The notes under the pieces were generated by a model. The model was not told the origin of the DNA and ran no database searches. It saw nothing but the letters and a program-made list of their open reading frames with translations. 64,000 nucleotides of DNA from a virus: positions 64,001 to 128,000 of the IMG/VR virus record IMGVR_UViG_3300019776_000961; one strand, given 5' to 3'. A program made the translations under genes and the position numbers. Shown here in pieces: positions 63,647 to 64,000 of this stretch. Each line of letters opens with the position of its first letter. The first letter of the stretch is position 1.

Positions 63647-64000
63647 TTAAGCTGCGTATTCCTTAAAATCTACACGTTTAGTTATACCATTATTCTTTTC
63701 TAGAAAAATAATCTCACCGGTTGCAGCTTTAGTACTTTCCTTACGGTGACTGATTACCATGATACATTCCTTATATTTCTCTACACGTTCTTTCAAGAGC
63801 GCTATAACTAACTCTACACCTCTCTCATCGAGACTTGAATCAAATAGTTCATCGTAAATACTAAAATTAAAACATACATCACCTTGTAGACGTCTCATAT
63901 CCATGAAAGTAAAGAGACACGCAAGATCAATATTCTTTCTTTCTGCACCACTAAAATTAAAATATGAGCAAGGCTTGCCTTTTGTATCAACGATTTCCTC
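63647..64000 (-). CDS. gp46: Recombination endonuclease ATPase subunit gp46 (SbcC/Rad50-like), C-terminal part, cut by the window edge
   Basis: Frame open from 64000: YFNFSGAERKNIDLA (ABC signature), SIYDELFDSSLD (Walker B / D-loop) and ISHR (H-loop). Confidence 0.9.
   Translation of the reverse strand, partial: EEIVDTKGKPCSYFNFSGAERKNIDLACLFTFMDMRRLQGDVCFNFSIYDELFDSSLDERGVELVIALLKERVEKYKECIMVISHRKESTKAATGEIIFLEKNNGITKRVDFKEYAA

Noticed and set aside
1-64000. tRNA or other structured ncRNA genes, and stop-codon reassignment
   Set aside because: Intergenic gaps are almost all under 75 bp with no cloverleaf seen by eye; conserved genes are full length in the standard code and TAA, TAG and TGA all act as stops. 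A tRNAscan/Infernal run would be the formal check.
1-64000. Assigning a host or a named phage family (e.g. cyanophage)
   Set aside because: No photosynthesis or other host-diagnostic genes are in the window; the T4-like core alone does not identify host or family.

Overview
This 64 kb, AT-rich window comes from a large, divergent T4-like myophage. It is almost fully coding and uses the standard genetic code. From left to right: (1-12.5 kb) an accessory island of glycan- and nucleotide-modifying enzymes (GT32, a minimal DegT aminotransferase, GNAT, GT8, three tandem sulfotransferase-like paralogues, Cas4-like nuclease, dCMP deaminase, ferritin-like DUF5856, SGNH protein, carbamoyltransferase). 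(12.7-41 kb) A minus-strand baseplate and contractile-tail module (gp7-like, gp6, gp25, gp27-like, gp53, gp48/54-like, tape-measure-like, gp26-like, tube, sheath, gp3-like), interrupted by dUTPase and the clamp loader. (41-44 kb) A fractured terminase gene: an atypically split intein ending in His-Gln, with a free-standing GIY-YIG endonuclease between the two halves. (44-48 kb) The gp14 neck gene and small genes. (48-64 kb) A replication module (primase, clamp, SSB, helicase, UvsX, DNA polymerase B, gp46) that also holds queC, a class II amidotransferase and two glycosyltransferases. A window-wide pattern: T4-late-like TAAATA boxes and sigma70-like TTGA-N16-TA boxes sit only 5-10 nt upstream of start codons, implying leaderless or near-leaderless mRNAs, and two hairpins sequester start codons. 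All family calls come from motif recognition by eye; no database search was run. No tRNA, rRNA, CRISPR array or intron was recognised, and the capsid and portal genes are outside the window.
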